64,000 bases of DNA from an archaeon (lineage in GTDB: Archaea; Nanobdellota; Nanobdellia; Woesearchaeales; UBA9642). Position 1 is the first letter of the stretch. Each line of letters begins with the position of its first letter. The notes under the pieces are model-generated. The model did not search any database, was not told where the DNA came from, and worked only from the letters and a program-made list of their open reading frames with translations. Position numbers and translations under genes: made by a program. Positions 60,413 through 64,000 of the stretch are shown in pieces. The DNA is taken from the NCBI GenBank assembly GCA_020057295.1, contig JAGVGF010000003.1:187382-251381 (forward strand). Direction: 5' to 3'.

Positions 60413-60499
60413 CTATGAGGAATAAAGAGGGATTTATAAAGCTAATGGTTGAGAATAGGTGTTAAAAATTAGAATAAAAAAGAAAAATAAAAGAGATTT

Positions 60500-62209
60500 T
60501 TATGGTTTTACGCATCCTGTTAGCCTTGCTAGAGTGTCTATGGTTTGTTCTCCAGGATAGCTCTTACTGCCGATAGTCCATGTTGGATATCCTGTAATTC
60601 CTGCATCAGTACATTCTTTAGTTTGTACTTGAGGATTATCTTTCTCTGCACATTCAACATATGTAACATATGCTAAGGATTCTCCAAACATTGCTTTCTG
60701 ATTTTCACAGTGTGGACACCATGATGCTCCATAAAATTTTGCACCTTTATCTGTTAAACATTGTGCAAATTTATCTAAACTCTTTGGTAATGTTGTTAAT
60801 GTAGTTTCGTTAGTGTTTGTCTTTTCAACATAGTTTACTATTATTGCTTTAGATCTTAGATCTGCTACTAATGCATCAAATGCTTTCTGTGCCAAATCAT
60901 TGTATACTGTAAGGTTTACTTGATCATATACTTCTGTAAGATTTAATGTTCTTCCAGGAATATTTTCAAGCTTCTTTATTAGATGATATCCAAACACAGT
61001 TTTTACTATTGTTGTTTCGCCAATATTTAAGTCAAATGATGGATCTTCAAATTCTGGATTATTGAATTCTCCCTTAGCGAAAGTGTACTTTCCACATGTA
61101 TCTTTACTTCCTGTATCATCTGTATATTTCGTTACTAAGTCACAGAAATTTGTACTTGTTAATTCCTTGTTTACTTGTTCAATCTTTTCTTTTGACTGAT
61201 TTTCTGTAACGTTTTCACTTATTGCTATTAGTATATGTTCTACTGTAACTTTTGATGGTACTTTGAACTTTTCAATGTTTAAATTGTAATATCGTTCTAC
61301 ATCACTATTCTTTACAGTAATATTTGAAATTACTGTTTTATTCAATAATTCTCTTATTAGTAAATTCTTTTCTATAACCGCTCTTAATGATTCTAGAGTC
61401 ATTCCTTGTTGTGTTAATGCTGTCTGTAAATCTGCATCAGTCATTTTATTCTGTGCTTTTATATTATCTATTTCTACTTGTACTTCTTCTTTTGGAATGC
61501 TTAATCCTAAAGCTTTAGCATGTTGCATTAATAATAATTCATCAATAGTCTTATTTACTAATAATGGTACACTATATAATGATTGAATCATAGGATTCAT
61601 ATTATTATAGTCTCTTATTACATCCTGTAGATATACTGGTTCACCGTTGACTGTTGCTGCAACATCTTTTGCAGTTTCATTAACAGGAACTACTGGTGGC
61701 TTTGCCTTATTTAATAGTACAAATACCAGTGCAGCTACAAGTATTAACACTAGTACTCCTATGCCAATCCATAACCATAATTTGTTAGTATTTTTATTAT
61801 CATTCTTAGACTTATGTTTCTTAGACATGTTATCATCTCCAATTTTTTTAGGTGCATACGCACTTTTTTTGATAATGAAGTGTTTTTTAATTTTAGGTTT
61901 TGGAACACTTTTTGGTTCTGTCTTTACAACTTTTGGTTGCGTTTTTACAACTTTGACAACCTTTGGTTGAACTACTGGCTTGAAAACTTTTTTAGGCACA
62001 GGTTTTTTTACAACAACCTTTTTTACCTCTTGCTTCTTTATAGGTTTAGGCTTTTCAATCTCAGAATTTTCTTTTTCATCTACTATTTCATCAACTACTT
62101 CAACTTTTTCTTCAGGAACATCCTTTACAGGATCAGAACTAGTTACAAAATCGTTAATACGTTCAATGCTTGACTCATCAGTCTGAACGTTTTCCTTATC
62201 ATCAGCCAT
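60500..62209 (-). CDS. Membrane-anchored SurA/PrsA-type parvulin foldase fused to a C-terminal thioredoxin-like domain
   Basis: AATVNGE SurA-N, VEHILI...FGYHLIK parvulin, FYGASWCPHC...YVEC...GYPTW. Confidence 0.85.
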   Translation of the reverse strand: MADDKENVQTDESSIERINDFVTSSDPVKDVPEEKVEVVDEIVDEKENSEIEKPKPIKKQEVKKVVVKKPVPKKVFKPVVQPKVVKVVKTQPKVVKTEPKSVPKPKIKKHFIIKKSAYAPKKIGDDNMSKKHKSKNDNKNTNKLWLWIGIGVLVLILVAALVFVLLNKAKPPVVPVNETAKDVAATVNGEPVYLQDVIRDYNNMNPMIQSLYSVPLLVNKTIDELLLMQHAKALGLSIPKEEVQVEIDNIKAQNKMTDADLQTALTQQGMTLESLRAVIEKNLLIRELLNKTVISNITVKNSDVERYYNLNIEKFKVPSKVTVEHILIAISENVTENQSKEKIEQVNKELTSTNFCDLVTKYTDDTGSKDTCGKYTFAKGEFNNPEFEDPSFDLNIGETTIVKTVFGYHLIKKLENIPGRTLNLTEVYDQVNLTVYNDLAQKAFDALVADLRSKAIIVNYVEKTNTNETTLTTLPKSLDKFAQCLTDKGAKFYGASWCPHCENQKAMFGESLAYVTYVECAEKDNPQVQTKECTDAGITGYPTWTIGSKSYPGEQTIDTLARLTGCVKP

Positions 62210-62387
62210 AAAACACCTTCCTATAACATTTTAATAAACTTCTTTGCACGTCTAAGAATTTTAAGATTATATATAAATGTTATTATTTTTCAGACATACA
62301 AATCGTCTATAAAAATCTTATGCGTATTTTCGTCACCATCTTATGACAGATATAAAAATTTATAAACTTGGATTATAGGATAATATC

Positions 62388-63785
62388 ATGTATGATGTTA
62401 TAGTGGGAAGAAATGATGCTGACAGGGAGAAGTATGGTGATAAAGGTACGATTTTCTTAGGTAAACATTATGTTAAAATGGGTCGTACTGTTTCTTTAAG
62501 TAATAAAGTGTTTATTGATGTAACAAGAGCTCACGTATTCTTTATTGTTGGTAAGCGAGGTTCAGGTAAATCTTATACTATGGGTGTGATTGCTGAAGGA
62601 ATTTCAGACCTTCCACCAGATATTAAAAATAATATTTCAGTAGTATTACTTGATACAATGGGAATATATTGGACTATGAAGTATGCTAATCAGAAAGATA
62701 AAGGATTATTAAAAGAGTGGGGTCTTAAAGGTAAGGCTTTAGATATAAAAATCTATACTCCATCAGGATTCTTTAAAGATTATAAGAAGAAAGGAATTCC
62801 AACAGATTTCCCATTTAGTGTAAGCCCTTCAGAACTTGATGCTGGAGATTGGGTTATTAGTTTCGGAATTGATAATAATAGTCCTGTAGCTGTAATGATT
62901 GAACGTACAATATATAATTTGAAAGGAGATATTGACGAAAAACAAAACTTAAATTTTACTATTAGTGATATTATCAAAGCTATCGATGCTGATAAAGATT
63001 TTGACGCGAATACTAAGAATGCTGCACGAAACCTTTTCGTTAATGCAAAGAATTGGGGAATATTTGAAACGGAATCCATAACTGTAACGAGTAAAGATAA
63101 AACTAAAAAGGCTGAGGTTTACAAAGCAACACCCCTTGCAGATTTAGCTAAAGGAGGACAAGTTACTGTATTAGATTTATCATGTTATGCTACAATGCCT
63201 AATTCTTGGAATATTAAAAATTTAGTTGTTGGATTAATTGCACAAAAATTATTTATTCAAAGAATGCTTGCAAGAAAAGATGAAGAATATGAGCAAATCC
63301 ATAAAGCAATCAATTTATTTGGTGATGAAAGCAAGAAAAAATTTGATTTCCCAATGGTCTGGCTTGTAATTGATGAAGCACACGAATTTTTACCTGTTTC
63401 TGGAAAAACACTTGCAACAGATCCACTTGTTACAATTCTTAGAGAAGGTAGACAGCCAGGAATTTCATTAATCTTAGCAACACAACAACCTGGTAAGATT
63501 CATACTGATGTAATGACACAAGCCGATGTAGTAATTGCGCATAGAATTACAGCAAAACTTGATACTGAAGCTTTAGGTGGATTAATGCAGTCATACATGA
63601 GAGAAGGACTTGTAACACAACTAGATAATTTACCTCGTGTAAAAGGAGCAGCAATAATCTTCGATGATAACAATGAAAAAATGTATCCAATAAAATTACG
63701 TCCTAGATTTACATGGCACGGTGGAGAAGATCCAAGTGCACTTCCTAAGAAAGAGGAAAGCTTTGAAGATAATATAGAATTATAA
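62388..63785 (+). CDS. HerA/FtsK-superfamily ATPase (DUF87)
   Basis: GKRGSGKS, VIDEAH, REGR, ATQQP. Confidence 0.88.
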   Translation: MYDVIVGRNDADREKYGDKGTIFLGKHYVKMGRTVSLSNKVFIDVTRAHVFFIVGKRGSGKSYTMGVIAEGISDLPPDIKNNISVVLLDTMGIYWTMKYANQKDKGLLKEWGLKGKALDIKIYTPSGFFKDYKKKGIPTDFPFSVSPSELDAGDWVISFGIDNNSPVAVMIERTIYNLKGDIDEKQNLNFTISDIIKAIDADKDFDANTKNAARNLFVNAKNWGIFETESITVTSKDKTKKAEVYKATPLADLAKGGQVTVLDLSCYATMPNSWNIKNLVVGLIAQKLFIQRMLARKDEEYEQIHKAINLFGDESKKKFDFPMVWLVIDEAHEFLPVSGKTLATDPLVTILREGRQPGISLILATQQPGKIHTDVMTQADVVIAHRITAKLDTEALGGLMQSYMREGLVTQLDNLPRVKGAAIIFDDNNEKMYPIKLRPRFTWHGGEDPSALPKKEESFEDNIEL

Positions 63786-63791
63786 AAAAAT

Positions 63792-64000
63792 TTACTTTTT
63801 CTTTCTTCGCTTGTATGCTGGTTTCTCGTGAATTGCAAGTTCTTGCTGCATCTCTTTATCTGTAAAATCTGCATGTGTCATACTAAGAATTGATGCAACG
63901 AACATTATTCCAAAGAATAGTGCAAATGTGAATCCCCACGTTTCTGAAATTCCCCAAACGAAGAATGTGGATATAAAGAATCCTATAATACTTGTTAACA
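63792..64000 (-). CDS. Small membrane protein, truncated by window edge
   Basis: Manual translation ...LTSIIGFFISTFFVWGISETWGFTFALFFGIMFVASILSMTHAD...KRRKKK*. Confidence 0.65.
   Translation of the reverse strand, partial: LTSIIGFFISTFFVWGISETWGFTFALFFGIMFVASILSMTHADFTDKEMQQELAIHEKPAYKRRKKK

Noticed and set aside
62388-63785. HerA as part of a herA-nurA-mre11-rad50 or defence system
   Set aside because: No nuclease or SIR2 partner adjacent within the window; the downstream gene is convergent.
295-63874. Numerous 60-146 aa ORFs in the track overlapping longer genes (e.g. 10209-10649, 20866-21252, 23589-24008, 63500-63874)
   Set aside because: They are antisense or off-frame shadows of well-supported CDSs, with no motifs.
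1-64000. CRISPR array, cas genes, integrase, transposase, prophage, rRNA
   Set aside because: No regularly spaced repeat-spacer units or recognisable motifs found by eye.
1-64000. Alternative genetic code or Sec/Pyl recoding
   Set aside because: Conserved genes are full length under code 11 and use TGA/TAG as ordinary stops.

Overview
This is an AT-rich, gene-dense archaeal chromosome segment. Archaeal markers include Sec61beta, NAC, aMBF1, RadB, archaeal-type uS2, tRNAs with BHB-type introns, an archaeal RNase P RNA, and TATA boxes about 23 nt upstream of leaderless starts. The gene content and the Gly-linker surface proteins fit a DPANN lineage, probably Woesearchaeota (inference, not a database result). 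Housekeeping content: valS, hisS, rps2, three tRNAs (His and Arg with introns, Cys without) and rnpB. Larger gene groups: an ArsR-led SUF/oxidative-stress cluster (sufBDSUC, nfo, sod, bcp), a MacB-type ABC/COG1361 module, a bacterial-like PAS signalling pair, an ArsR-thioredoxin-ArsP arsenic module, and a glycan locus. The glycan locus has two processive GT2s (one CslA/CslC-like), a nucleotide-sugar dehydrogenase, two GT-C-like membrane proteins and a nearby doubly anchored GH5 mannanase-like giant protein. The best novelty candidates are this putative beta-mannan/glucomannan surface-polymer system, a structured uS2 leader RNA, and a dispersed three-hairpin element with compensatory changes. 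No CRISPR array, integrase, transposase or rRNA was seen.
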